Shown: positions 1 to 9,856 of the stretch, piece by piece
Layout of the letters: each line of letters starts with the position of its first letter
Position numbering within the stretch: position 1 is the first letter of the stretch
From: a virus
Lineage: Duplodnaviria; Caudoviricetes
Length of the DNA stretch: 42,674 bases
IMG/VR virus record: IMGVR_UViG_3300033407_000045
Location: 1 to 42,674 of that record
Reading direction: 5' to 3' (one strand)
Position numbers and translations under genes: made by a program
The notes under the pieces: model-generated
Told to the model about the DNA's origin: nothing
Database searches by the model: none
The model's input: the letters and a program-made list of their open reading frames with translations, nothing else

Positions 1-445
1 CGATCTCGGCCGCTACGCGCAGGCGATCTCCGAGTTCTCCGCGACGCTCCCCCGCGACGAGGATGGCAACGTGATCATCGAAGACATCTCCCAGGTGCTC
101 GAGTTCCGGAGCTCGGTCGCGAAGATCGCTCCGAGCCTGGACGTGATCGTGACGCTGCTCGAGTGCGGTCTCAACGCGAAGCACAAAAACATCACGCGCG
201 ACGAGTGCCTCGATCTCATCGATGGCGTGCCGGGCGATTCGATAGAGCTCCAAGAGCAGTACGTGATCGGGAGGGTGACTGCGGCTTTTTTGTCGCGTTC
301 TCGCTCGGCGATCGACACCGACATAACGGTCGAGGAGATCGTCGACGAGATGACGGCGAGGCGAACGGAGGCGAAGGCAAAGGAGGAGACGGAGGAGATC
401 AGCCAGCCGGAGATGGAAGCAGCGTCTCTCTCGACGACGTCGTAG
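1..445 (+). CDS. Tail assembly chaperone (gpG-like), 3' part; continues from 42554-42674 across the circular junction
   Basis: Frame is open from position 2 (DLGRYAQAISEF...) to TAG 445. It joins in frame with the ORF starting at 42554 once the 8-nt terminal duplication is collapsed. Lies between tail tube and tape measure genes. Confidence 0.75.
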   Translation, partial: DLGRYAQAISEFSATLPRDEDGNVIIEDISQVLEFRSSVAKIAPSLDVIVTLLECGLNAKHKNITRDECLDLIDGVPGDSIELQEQYVIGRVTAAFLSRSRSAIDTDITVEEIVDEMTARRTEAKAKEETEEISQPEMEAASLSTTS

Positions 446-840
446 GGCTTCTTCCTCTCGCGCTCGAGTCGGAGATTCGCGAGTGCGAGTTCTGGGACAT
501 GACTGCGGCAGAAGTCGGCCGCTGGGTCGAGGCGCGACGTGAGCGACAGCGGCTCAGGTGGCGCGAGTCGTCGCAGCAAGCAGCTCTCGTGCTCGCGCAC
601 CTCTGCTCGACGCAGATCAACATGTTCCGCAAGAAGGGCTCGTCTCCGGTCCGGGCGAAGAAGCTCTTCCGGAGCTTCTACTACCAGCTAACGGGAGAAT
701 CCCCGCGATCTGACGCCGAAGAGGCGCTCCTCGACGAGTGCTACCTCGAGTCGAAAGAGCGCGCGCGGGTAGCAAGAGAGGCGCGCGAGCTCGAAGCGAA
801 GAAGCTCGCCGAGATCGAAGCAGTCGATGGGTCAAGCTAA
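286..840 (+). CDS. Tail assembly chaperone extension (gpGT-like), probably reached by -1 frameshift
   Basis: Overlapping -1 frame ORF (163..840) with an EFWDMTAAEV motif typical of gpT-like chaperones. T-TTT-TTG slippery heptamer at 286-292. Overlaps the tape measure start. Confidence 0.6.
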   Translation, partial: FFVAFSLGDRHRHNGRGDRRRDDGEANGGEGKGGDGGDQPAGDGSSVSLDDVVGLLPLALESEIRECEFWDMTAAEVGRWVEARRERQRLRWRESSQQAALVLAHLCSTQINMFRKKGSSPVRAKKLFRSFYYQLTGESPRSDAEEALLDECYLESKERARVAREARELEAKKLAEIEAVDGSS

Positions 841-3655
841 GCTCCTCATCCAAGTCATCGCGGATGCGAAGCAGGCGCTCCGGGAGATCGGCAGCTTCGG
901 GAAGCAGGTCCGCAACATCGGAGGGAATCTCCGCTCCCAGGGAGCCTCCCTCACTGCGGGCCTGACTGTCCCGCTCGCCGCGACTGGGGCCGCGGCGTTC
1001 AAACTCGCCGGCGACTTCGAGCAGTCGATGGTGCGCTCGACGGCCGTGATGGGCGAGCTCTCGTCGGCCATGCGTGATGACCTCGCGGCGACGGCGCTCC
1101 GCACCGCGCGCGATGTGAAGGTGGCGCAGTCCGAGATGGCGCAGGGCTACGGCTTCCTCGCCGTGGCCGGCTTCAACGCCGAGCAGTCGATCGTCGCGCT
1201 GCCGGCGGCCGCGCGCTTCGCGAAGGCGGGGGCCTTCGATCTCAAGACGGGCGTGGACCTCGTCACCGACGCGCAGAAGGCGCTCGGTCTTGCGAGCGCG
1301 GACGCGCAGGCGAACCTCGAGAACCTCACGCGCGTCTCTGACGTGCTCGTCAAAGCGAACACGCTTGCGAACGCGTCGACCGAGCAGTTCGCGGTCTCGC
1401 TCACGAACCAGGCGGCAACGGCCGCTCGGACCTACGGTAAGGACATCGAGGAAGTCGTCTCGGTCCTCGCGATCTACGCAAACGCTGGCGTCAAGGGCGA
1501 AGAGGCGGGCACGAAGTTCTTCCAGGTCCTCCGCGACCTCTCGCGCGCCGCGAACGAGAACGAGCATGCGTTCCGACTCGCGGGCGTGCGCGTCTTCGAT
1601 CAGGCCGGGAACATGCGGCATCTCGGCGACATCGTCGAGGACCTCGAGAAGCGCCTCGCCGGGATGTCGGACCAGCAGAAGAGAGCCGAGCTGTCGATGC
1701 TCGGGATCAACGAGAAGTCGCTCCAGGCGACCTTGACGCTCGTCGGATTCTCGAAGGAGATCAGGGCCTACGACTCATCGCTCCGCCAGGCTGCGGGGAC
1801 GACGGACGAGATGGCCGCGCGGCAGCTCGACAACCTCAACGACCAGCTCTTCGGCGTCCAGCTTGCGTTTCAGGAGGCCGCGATCGAACTCGGCGAGGCT
1901 TTCACCCCAGCGCTCCGCGACGGACTCACGGTCGTCGAGGACTGGGCGGACCAGCTCATCGCGTTGGTCAAGAGCTTCGACGACCTCCCCGACCCGGCGA
2001 AGCAGACGATCCTCCTCATCGGCGGCATCGTTGCGGCGCTCGGCCCACTGCTCATCATCTCGGGCCTCGTCGTCACGGCCTTCGGGTCGCTTATCACGAT
2101 CACCTCCACCATCGTCGGGCTTGTCGGCGGCGGCCTCATCGCGAGCGTCATCGCGGCGGTGAACGCATGGTCCGAATACAACGCCGAGGCTGAGCGTGCG
2201 GCCGCGGTCACGATGGAGATCGCGCAGGGGACGCAGGCGGCGAGCGAGCATCTTCGCGAGCTCGCGAGACAGGAGAAGGACGTTCAGGCGGCGATCGAGA
2301 AGACGAACGAGAAGATCCAGAAGGAGGAGGAGCTACTCGCGGGGATCCAGGAAAAGCTCGAATCGGGCATCTTCAAGAACACGATCCAGACGCAGAAAGC
2401 GATCGCCGCAATCGCTGGCCGCATCGCGGAGGCGCGCGTCGAACTCGACGCGCTCGGCAAGAAGATGGACGAGATCGGCCAGAAGCGCGAAATCGCGGAG
2501 GTCTATCGCATCTTCGAGCGCCTCGCTGCAGCGACCGAGGCCAATTCCGCTGGCTTCGCTGTCTTCGGCGACAAGGCGAAGCTGCTCTCCTCGCATATCA
2601 GGTCGACCGAGGCAGCGCTCTCCGCCCTCGTCGGCAAGCTCGACGCGAACGACCATCGTGTCGTCGCGCTGCGTGAGCGCGTCAAGCAGCTCACCGAGCA
2701 GCTCAAGGAGCTGAACGCAGAGACTGGGAGAACCGAACAGATCGAGCGCGGCCAGGAGTCGATGCGCCTCTTCTCGGAGAACATGGAGAACGCGCGCACG
2801 GTCGCGCTCGCGCTCGGCGACTCGCAAGGCGCGCTCAACGATCAGATTCGCCAGGGCGAGGCGGACCTCCGGCTCTACTCGGAGTCGCTCCTTCTCTCCG
2901 GCGCTTCGCACGACGAAATCATCGCGAAAACCGCTGGGATGCGAGAGGAGCTCGAGAAGCTCCGTGCAGAGCAGCACCTCTCTCAGAACGCATGGTCGAC
3001 ATGGTTCGAGCAGGCGAAGATCTCGCTCGGCACGGTAGAGGGCCTCCTCCGCGGCGTCGCCGATTCAAGTTTCGCTGCGTTCCAGGAGCTTTCGTCCGGC
3101 ATCGGCCAGTCGCTCGGCCGTGCTCTTGTCTTCGGTGAGAGCTTCGGAAAGTCCTTCGAGAAGGTCGTCAAGAACATGGCGGCGAACTTCATAGCCTCGC
3201 TCGTCCAGATGGGCATCCAGGCGCTTGCGTTCTGGGTGCTCCAAAAGGTGCTCGGCCTCGCCGGGCTGGTAACGCAGACCTCGATCGCCGTCGGCCGCGC
3301 TTCGGCGGGCGCGGCGTCGTGGGTCTTCGCGACGATCCCGTGGCCGGCTTCGGCGGTGATCGCGCCGATCGCCGCGGCGCAGGCGGGTGGTATCGTGGGC
3401 GCGCTGGGCGCGGCCGGGATTCTCGGCCTCGACATCGGCGGATTCGTGCGCTCCGACGGTATCGCGATGCTGCACGCGAACGAGGTCGTGACGCCGATCG
3501 ACCGCGTGCCAGATCTGATGCGGGCGCAGGGAATCGGACTCGGCGGCGGCGATCTGACTGTGAACATGATCGTCGACGGGCAGAAGATGGCGACGCGCAC
3601 CGTCCCCTATCTTCGCGAGGCTCTCAACGAAGCGATGGGAAGCGGGAGATTCTGA
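827..3655 (+). CDS. Tail tape measure protein (TP901-type core)
   Basis: 942 aa, Ala/Leu-rich and helical. Motifs LTAGLTVPLAA, ANAGVKGEEAGT, VFDQAGNMR. Central hydrophobic stretch and C-terminal AMLHANEVVTP. Confidence 0.95.
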   Translation: MGQAKLLIQVIADAKQALREIGSFGKQVRNIGGNLRSQGASLTAGLTVPLAATGAAAFKLAGDFEQSMVRSTAVMGELSSAMRDDLAATALRTARDVKVAQSEMAQGYGFLAVAGFNAEQSIVALPAAARFAKAGAFDLKTGVDLVTDAQKALGLASADAQANLENLTRVSDVLVKANTLANASTEQFAVSLTNQAATAARTYGKDIEEVVSVLAIYANAGVKGEEAGTKFFQVLRDLSRAANENEHAFRLAGVRVFDQAGNMRHLGDIVEDLEKRLAGMSDQQKRAELSMLGINEKSLQATLTLVGFSKEIRAYDSSLRQAAGTTDEMAARQLDNLNDQLFGVQLAFQEAAIELGEAFTPALRDGLTVVEDWADQLIALVKSFDDLPDPAKQTILLIGGIVAALGPLLIISGLVVTAFGSLITITSTIVGLVGGGLIASVIAAVNAWSEYNAEAERAAAVTMEIAQGTQAASEHLRELARQEKDVQAAIEKTNEKIQKEEELLAGIQEKLESGIFKNTIQTQKAIAAIAGRIAEARVELDALGKKMDEIGQKREIAEVYRIFERLAAATEANSAGFAVFGDKAKLLSSHIRSTEAALSALVGKLDANDHRVVALRERVKQLTEQLKELNAETGRTEQIERGQESMRLFSENMENARTVALALGDSQGALNDQIRQGEADLRLYSESLLLSGASHDEIIAKTAGMREELEKLRAEQHLSQNAWSTWFEQAKISLGTVEGLLRGVADSSFAAFQELSSGIGQSLGRALVFGESFGKSFEKVVKNMAANFIASLVQMGIQALAFWVLQKVLGLAGLVTQTSIAVGRASAGAASWVFATIPWPASAVIAPIAAAQAGGIVGALGAAGILGLDIGGFVRSDGIAMLHANEVVTPIDRVPDLMRAQGIGLGGGDLTVNMIVDGQKMATRTVPYLREALNEAMGSGRF

Positions 3656-3656
3656 C

Positions 3657-5969
3657 GTGTTCCGTGCTCCGACCCTCAAGAGATTCGACGACTTCGGCAC
3701 GCTCGCCGAGGGGGCCGAGACGCTCGTCCTCCCGAACGGGCACGGGCTCACGTCGCCGCAGACGACCGGACGATTCTACGTTGGCTCGATCTACCCTGCG
3801 TCGAAGCAAAACCCCCTCAAGGCGATCGCGGCCGCCGTCTACGAAGAGGTGCTCATCTACTCGATCACCGGAGACGACGCGTCGGTCATTCGCGGCTGGA
3901 ACGGCACGACAGACATCGATCACATCGATGGCGGCGAGGCGTACCGGATCGAGTTTCTCAACAGCGCGTCGACTCTCCGCTCGCTCGCCTTCCTCAACGT
4001 CGAGAGCTTCGGCGTGAGCATCGACAACGACGGCGACGAGAATCAGGCCGCGCTCGATCGATTGCTTGGGATTCTCCCATCGAGCAGGTGGCATCTCTTC
4101 TTCCCATCGGGTGAGTACCTCGTCGACCCTACGACCGTGACTGGTCGCTTCGTCCTCAACGGCTTCACGAACTTCTGCATCTCGGGCTACGGCGCCGTCC
4201 TGAAGGTCCGCGACGGCAACGCGATGCGCGCTTCGGACTACCCGACGCCGACGAACAACCTCGACGGCATCGTCCTCCAGAGCTGCGTCGACGGCCGCAT
4301 CGAGGGTCTCACTTGGGATGGGAATCTCGCTAATCGCGTCTATCCGCCCGTCGATCAGAACGACGTCACGCCAAACCACAACTTCGATGTCCAGGACTCG
4401 TGCCGACGCATCGACCTGGTCGACTGCACGTCGATCGGCGCCGCGGCTGACGGATTCGCAGTGCAGGCCTCGGCGCGCGAGACACTCGCGACTCTCCCGT
4501 TCGACATCAACGTCGTCCGCTGTCGCACGCGCGGCGCTACGCGCGTCGGCTTCTCGACCTTCAACTGTCACGATGTCCTCTGGGATGACTGCCTGGCCGA
4601 GGACGGGTACGAGGGCTTCGACTGCGAATCGGACACGGCAGCGACGCCGCCGCCCTACGTTCCGGGCGCACGCGACATCACCTGGCGTCGCTGCAAGTCG
4701 CGCGGCAACACAGGCGCTGGGATGTCGGTCGGCTCGGGCAAGTACACGACGACGCCGAAGCACGACTTTACGCAGGGCCTCAGGATCATCGACTGCGAGT
4801 TCGACGGACGAAATGCCGCCGGCACCGCGACGGGTCCGGCGAAGCTCACCGTCTCGCGCGTGCGCGACATCCAGATCATCGGGACGCGCTTTCTTTACTC
4901 GACGATCGACCCGAGCGCGGATCAGGGAGTGCTGACGATACGGAGCTCCGCGGACGTGAAGCTCGACCACCTCCACTTCGAGGGGAACAACGTCACGGGC
5001 AAGCGCGCCATTCGCATCGATTCGGAGTGCGCGCGCGTGACGATGTCGCACATCTCCGCTCCCGATCACACGGGATCTCACTGCATCGAGTCAGCCGGCG
5101 TCGACACGCTACTCGAGGACTCGATCATCTCCGCGGATGCGGGATCGGACCCGACGCCCCTTCCGGCCTACGGCGTCAACGGGAACGGTGCGTCGCGGAT
5201 GAAGGTCGCGCGCGTGACGGTGCTCCAGTCGCGCGGCACGGGCATTCGTCTCGACCAGGACGACGCGTCGGTCGAGGACTGCGACGTCGCCAACAACCGC
5301 TCGGACGGATCGACGATCAACTACGGGATCTTCCTCGTGGGTGATCGCGCGCACGCGATTCGAAACCGCATTCCTCAGCCGAATGATCTTTCGGCGAGTA
5401 CGGTGCCGGATACGACGCGGCACGCGGTGAGGACGAACGGCGACGACGTCGTCCTCATCGGCAATTGGGCCGAGACAGGCGCCGGCAAGTACGACATCGC
5501 GCCGGCGATCTACGCGGCGGGAAGCACGCAGTACCGCGCTGGGAACGTCGGCGACTCGTCGAGCGGGAATCCGCGCGCTCCGGTCTGGGGCTTCTACTAC
5601 GACGACATCCCGGCGAATCTCACGGCCGGGGACACGATGCTTTTTTCGGCCGGTGCTATCTCCACCCTCGGTCAGTTCCTCGCCGACACGAACGGATGGA
5701 TCCGTAGCATCGGGCTCCAGCTCTCAGACGACATCACGGCAGGCACGATCACTGCTCGAGTCCGAATCAACGGCACGACGATCTCGGCGACATACAACCT
5801 CGTGCTCTCGACGAGCGATCCGCGAAGGCTCACGCTCCTGATCAACTCTGGCCTCGTGCCGTTCTCGGCCGGAGATCGGCTCGATATGGCGATCTACTCT
5901 GACAGCTCGCTTCTACCTGATGGGACGCTCGACGCCATCGGTGGCTTCTCGATCGAGTACGCATCGTGA
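3657..5969 (+). CDS. Tailspike/depolymerase with right-handed parallel beta-helix (pectin-lyase-like)
   Basis: NVESFGV...DGDENQAAL...LFFPSGEY tailspike N-terminal motif, followed by Asn/Gly/Cys-rich beta-helix repeats and a C-terminal beta-sandwich. Confidence 0.75.
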   Translation: MFRAPTLKRFDDFGTLAEGAETLVLPNGHGLTSPQTTGRFYVGSIYPASKQNPLKAIAAAVYEEVLIYSITGDDASVIRGWNGTTDIDHIDGGEAYRIEFLNSASTLRSLAFLNVESFGVSIDNDGDENQAALDRLLGILPSSRWHLFFPSGEYLVDPTTVTGRFVLNGFTNFCISGYGAVLKVRDGNAMRASDYPTPTNNLDGIVLQSCVDGRIEGLTWDGNLANRVYPPVDQNDVTPNHNFDVQDSCRRIDLVDCTSIGAAADGFAVQASARETLATLPFDINVVRCRTRGATRVGFSTFNCHDVLWDDCLAEDGYEGFDCESDTAATPPPYVPGARDITWRRCKSRGNTGAGMSVGSGKYTTTPKHDFTQGLRIIDCEFDGRNAAGTATGPAKLTVSRVRDIQIIGTRFLYSTIDPSADQGVLTIRSSADVKLDHLHFEGNNVTGKRAIRIDSECARVTMSHISAPDHTGSHCIESAGVDTLLEDSIISADAGSDPTPLPAYGVNGNGASRMKVARVTVLQSRGTGIRLDQDDASVEDCDVANNRSDGSTINYGIFLVGDRAHAIRNRIPQPNDLSASTVPDTTRHAVRTNGDDVVLIGNWAETGAGKYDIAPAIYAAGSTQYRAGNVGDSSSGNPRAPVWGFYYDDIPANLTAGDTMLFSAGAISTLGQFLADTNGWIRSIGLQLSDDITAGTITARVRINGTTISATYNLVLSTSDPRRLTLLINSGLVPFSAGDRLDMAIYSDSSLLPDGTLDAIGGFSIEYAS

Positions 5970-7576
5970 TCGGCGCATCGCTCTTCTCCTCGCTCCTCTT
6001 CAGCGGTTCCGAACACGAGGCGCCTTCGGCGCCGCCGAAGCATCGGCCCGGAGTGCAGATCCTCCTCTCCTCGCTCAATCGCACGGGGCTCTATCAGGAC
6101 GGCTCGCTCTCGATCAGTCGCCGCCTCGGCTCGATCGCTTCGGCGCAGTTCGAGCTCATCGACCGCACGGGCGTCTTCTCCCTCAGCGAGGGTGCTGACG
6201 TCACGATTCTCCACAACGGCATCCGTCTCTTCGCTGGGACGGTGAACAGCGTGAGCGAGAACTGGCCGGAGGACTGGGACTCATCTCCAGCTCTCAAGGT
6301 GATCTCGGTCGGCTGCCAGAGCTACGACGCGATCCCGACGCACCGAGACTGCACGCTGGCTCTCGAGCGACAGGACGTGACGACGGCGCTCGAGACGATC
6401 GTCGACAACATCCTCGCGGCCGATGGCATCACGGCTGACATCCGAGTCTCGGGGATCGAGGTCGGGCCGCTCTCCTTCTCCGCGACGTCGTGCTGGGATG
6501 CGATCTCGCGCGTCGTGAAGCTCGCGGGCGCGACGGCTTGGGTGGACGACGACCGCGTGCTTCGCGTCCAGGCCCTCGGAACGCCAGCACCGATATCCCT
6601 CGGCGACGGCAACCGCGGCGCGTTCCGGCGTCTCTCGCGCCGCAGCACGCGCGCTGACTATCGCAACGTCTACCGCCTCAAGGGCGGCGTCGACGCAGGC
6701 GCGAGGCGACTCCACAAGTTCGTCGCGAACGGGACCGACACGAGCTGGGACGTGCCGTCGGCGATCGCGACGGTGCCGACGATTCGCATCGAGTCGGTCC
6801 CAGAGCTTTCGATCGGAATTCGCGGACTCAATTCCGAGGACGATCCCAATGGCTTCCGCTTCTTCTGGCGGAAGGGCGAAACGGCCATTTCTCAGCGCAG
6901 CACCGACGACCCGCTCCCGGCGGAGACCCTGATCGAGATCGAGTATCAGCCGCTACTCGAGATCGTCGCAATCTCGCGTGACTCGCAGGAGATCAGCGCG
7001 CGCGCGGCGCTCGAAGGCGGGACGGGGCTCTACGAGGCGGCCGGCTCGGAGTCGGGCGTCGACTCCGCGGAACTCGCCCGCGATCTCGCCGACGCCGAGC
7101 TCCGCAAGAACGCGCGCACGCGAACCGAGCTCCGCATCACGCTGGCGCTCAACAGCTTCGGCTGGGAGTGCGGGCAGGTGCTGCCGGTGAGCCTCACGCG
7201 CGAGGGGATCGACGACGAGTACCTTGTCACGGCGTACCTGGTAAGCGACCCGGGGAACGGAGAGTTCCTCGACTGCTCCGTGGTGGTGATCGACACGGAG
7301 TACGACGGCGGCTGGACGGAGCTCTTCCGTCGCCTCGCGCAGTCGGCGGCGGACTTCGCCGCGGATCGCACGAGTCTCGTGTATCCGGCCGCACAGGTCG
7401 ATTCAGCGGTCGTCATCGGCGACGTCGTCTCGGCTTCCGAGGGAGACAATCTCGACGACTTCGACGACGATCCCTACTCCTGGTTTCGCGTCGACGACAA
7501 CGCCGCCTGCGGGATGGAGTTCGTGCAGGACGGCATCATTTACGTGAGGGGCGGCGGCGTGGAGGATTTGCCATGA
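5966..7576 (+). CDS. Tail tip/hub protein
   Basis: 536 aa, position in the tail module, LFAGTV and WVDDDRVLRV motifs resembling tail hub proteins. GTGA overlap with the upstream gene. Confidence 0.65.
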   Translation: MIGASLFSSLLFSGSEHEAPSAPPKHRPGVQILLSSLNRTGLYQDGSLSISRRLGSIASAQFELIDRTGVFSLSEGADVTILHNGIRLFAGTVNSVSENWPEDWDSSPALKVISVGCQSYDAIPTHRDCTLALERQDVTTALETIVDNILAADGITADIRVSGIEVGPLSFSATSCWDAISRVVKLAGATAWVDDDRVLRVQALGTPAPISLGDGNRGAFRRLSRRSTRADYRNVYRLKGGVDAGARRLHKFVANGTDTSWDVPSAIATVPTIRIESVPELSIGIRGLNSEDDPNGFRFFWRKGETAISQRSTDDPLPAETLIEIEYQPLLEIVAISRDSQEISARAALEGGTGLYEAAGSESGVDSAELARDLADAELRKNARTRTELRITLALNSFGWECGQVLPVSLTREGIDDEYLVTAYLVSDPGNGEFLDCSVVVIDTEYDGGWTELFRRLAQSAADFAADRTSLVYPAAQVDSAVVIGDVVSASEGDNLDDFDDDPYSWFRVDDNAACGMEFVQDGIIYVRGGGVEDLP

Positions 7577-8052
7577 TCGAAGTCCCGCCCTTCATCATCG
7601 TCGAGCGCAAGACGAAGAGCGAGATCCGCATCGGCTGCTGGGTGCGCTGCATCGCTCGCTGCGTGAAGACGGGCCGCATCCTCGCCTACGGTGAGGGGCA
7701 GAATAAGCTGGTCGACGTCGGCCGCCAGGTCGTGAGGGATCACCTCGGCGGCATCGGCATGCGACCGAGCCACATGGGCGTCGGGCAGGGGCAGAACCCG
7801 ACGACCGACGGCATGGATGCGCTGGAGTCCGAGGTCCTCCGAAAGACGATCGACCGGCGCATCCAGAAGACTTACGGCGTCGACCTACAGGTCGTCATCA
7901 CGACGGCCGAGGGGAACGACACGACGTTTCGCGAGATCGCCACCTTCGAGGATGAGCGCATGATCGCGCGCGGCGTCTTCTCGCCGTTCATCCCGAAGAC
8001 CGAGCTCGCCGAAGTTACGCTTTCACACGTGATGACTGTCTACTCGAGCTGA
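7573..8052 (+). CDS. Virion protein, tail-collar/fibre N-terminal-like domain
   Basis: ATG 7573 with GGAGG RBS and ATGA overlap. NKLVDVGR...HMGVGQG...ALESEV...AEGND..REIATF...KT pattern, distantly like 30779-31294. Confidence 0.6.
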   Translation: MIEVPPFIIVERKTKSEIRIGCWVRCIARCVKTGRILAYGEGQNKLVDVGRQVVRDHLGGIGMRPSHMGVGQGQNPTTDGMDALESEVLRKTIDRRIQKTYGVDLQVVITTAEGNDTTFREIATFEDERMIARGVFSPFIPKTELAEVTLSHVMTVYSS

Positions 8053-8056
8053 CGCG

Positions 8057-9142
8057 ATGCCTCCGCACGTTTTCCCGTCGAAGAACGACCTCAACGCCGG
8101 AACGCAAGGGCTCGGTCGCACCTTCACCGAGCAGAACTGGGAGCGCGTGCTCACGCGCGCGATTCCGCGGAACTTCGTCATCTCGGGCCTCTCGGTGTCG
8201 GTGGTTGGGCTCGAGGCGCAGATCGCGGCAGGCAGCGCGATCATCGACGGACGCTACGTCGCGACCGACGAGGTGCTGACGCAGGATCTCACCGCGAGCT
8301 CCGAGTGGCGCGTCCTCCTCGAAGCGACGCAGTCGGCCGGGCTCGTCACGACGATACAGGCGAGGCGGCAGTCGAACTCCGATCCGACCATCGATCCGCT
8401 CGCGAACACCGTGATGCTCGCGCGCGTGACGACTGGCGTCTCAAGCGCGACGGCCATTCACGATGCGAGGCCGTGGGGTGCTGGACACCTGATCGAGTTC
8501 GTCTACGACGGCGACGGGAGCTCCGATCGCGCCATCAACCTCGGCGCTCCGCCGCGACTCGTCTTCCTTCGCAGCCTCGACGATGATCACATCTTCGCGG
8601 TCGCTGGCCCAGAGACTGTGCGTGATCGGAACTTCGCGGGGAACGGAGTCGGGGACCTCTTCGGCTTCGGCTTCGAGAAGGTCCAGTCGTTCATCAACGG
8701 GACGCAGATCTATCGCGCGAGCGCGACCTGGACGATGCTCCTCGATGTCGACGAGACAGAAACGAAGGACGTGACCGTTAGCGGTGTCGATCCGGCAGAC
8801 GACAACTTCGTGCAGGTGCACTATCCGCCGCTCACCGACGATCAGGATCCGGACATCTTCCTGACGGCGTGGGTGCAAGCCCTGAACACCGTCCGTGTGA
8901 AAGTGCATAACGGCACCGGATCCGGCATCTCGTCACTCTCGGACGACGTGACGGTGATGGTGACCGTTCCTCCGATCTCCTCGGTGGCGGTGGGTTCGAC
9001 GCGCTACCTCGTCCATCCGGAGGTCGGTCAGTCCGCAGAGTGGCGCCCACAGATCACTGCGACGGGAATTGTCGTCGGCGGCACGAGCGGAGCTCAGATC
9101 AACGCAGCCGGAAAGCGCTACGCCGTCATGGCCGCGTTTTGA
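8057..9142 (+). CDS. Putative tail fibre/minor tail protein
   Basis: N-terminal VISGLSV...IAAGSAIIDG fibre-like motif, YDGDGSSDRAINLG motif and NAAGKRYAVMAAF C-terminus. Confidence 0.6.
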   Translation: MPPHVFPSKNDLNAGTQGLGRTFTEQNWERVLTRAIPRNFVISGLSVSVVGLEAQIAAGSAIIDGRYVATDEVLTQDLTASSEWRVLLEATQSAGLVTTIQARRQSNSDPTIDPLANTVMLARVTTGVSSATAIHDARPWGAGHLIEFVYDGDGSSDRAINLGAPPRLVFLRSLDDDHIFAVAGPETVRDRNFAGNGVGDLFGFGFEKVQSFINGTQIYRASATWTMLLDVDETETKDVTVSGVDPADDNFVQVHYPPLTDDQDPDIFLTAWVQALNTVRVKVHNGTGSGISSLSDDVTVMVTVPPISSVAVGSTRYLVHPEVGQSAEWRPQITATGIVVGGTSGAQINAAGKRYAVMAAF

Positions 9143-9163
9143 ACGAACGGGAGCCGAGACCCG

Positions 9164-9496
9164 ATGACCGAAACAAAGCCGGACCCCCCATCCGGAAAGA
9201 CGAGGAAGATGGAATCGCGCTCTCCCGATCGCATCGCGGGCGACCGTGCGAACAAGCTGCAGTGGTGGTTCATGGGACTGACGAGCACGCTCTTGTTAAC
9301 GCTCGGAGCTGGATGGTGGCAGCACGTCAACGGACGCCTCTCTTCCATCGAGCAGTCGTTTCCCGCGCTCCTCCGCGAGATGCTGCGCGACCACGAGTCG
9401 CGCCCGCATCCAAACTCGATCTCACCGCGCGAGTGGGGATCGATCGAGGCGCGGCTGACGAGGATCGAGCTGAAGATCGACGCGCTCGGGCGCTGA
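9164..9496 (+). CDS. Small membrane protein (holin-like candidate)
   Basis: One hydrophobic segment (WWFMGLTSTLLLTLGAGWW) and a coiled-coil C-terminus. Last gene of the tail operon. Confidence 0.5.
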   Translation: MTETKPDPPSGKTRKMESRSPDRIAGDRANKLQWWFMGLTSTLLLTLGAGWWQHVNGRLSSIEQSFPALLREMLRDHESRPHPNSISPREWGSIEARLTRIELKIDALGR

Positions 9497-9563
9497 CTCG
9501 GCCGAGTTCGGTCTCACTGGTACCACGCGCCTCGTTCAGCATCGGCGCGCGCGAGAGATCGGC

Positions 9564-9734
9564 TCATCGCAGGCACGCCTCCAGTGCGCGGATGACGGTG
9601 TCAGTCAGCGTCGCGCCGTCCCGTGCGGCGCGCGCCTCGAGGCGCCGGCGGAGCTCCGGCGAGAGCCGGAGAAGGAGCTGCTCTGTCCGCCCGGAAGGCG
9701 GTCGCCCGCGGCCGCGGGCCTTCTTCTTCGCCAT
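9564..9734 (-). CDS. Ribbon-helix-helix (Arc/CopG-like) DNA-binding protein, 56 aa
   Basis: Manually translated, not in the ORF track: MAKKKARGRGRPPSGRTEQLLLRLSPELRRRLEARAARDGATLTDTVIRALEACLR. Strand-helix-helix pattern, divergent from the 9857 operon. Confidence 0.8.
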   Translation of the reverse strand: MAKKKARGRGRPPSGRTEQLLLRLSPELRRRLEARAARDGATLTDTVIRALEACLR

Positions 9735-9779
9735 GCGGAGAGGGTAGCGGAATTATTTGGCGATATCAAGAATTAGGCG

Positions 9780-9807
9780 TTGACCGCGGCGGAATAGGTG
9801 ATATCAT
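9780..9807 (+). promoter_or_regulatory. Sigma70-like promoter for the accessory operon, with GATATCA repeats
   Basis: TTGACC (9780-9785), 16-nt spacer, extended -10 TGnTATCAT (9799-9807) in an AT-rich intergenic island. GATATCA occurs at 9762 and 9800. Confidence 0.6.
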
Positions 9808-9856
9808 GTATTCGTTGGCTGGGAATCACCTCGGCCAGGGAACACAGGAGATCACG

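Noticed and set aside
3657-9142. Diversity-generating retroelement or invertible tail-fibre cassette
   Set aside because: No reverse transcriptase, no adenine-variant template/variable repeat pair, and no invertase or flanking inverted repeats seen.
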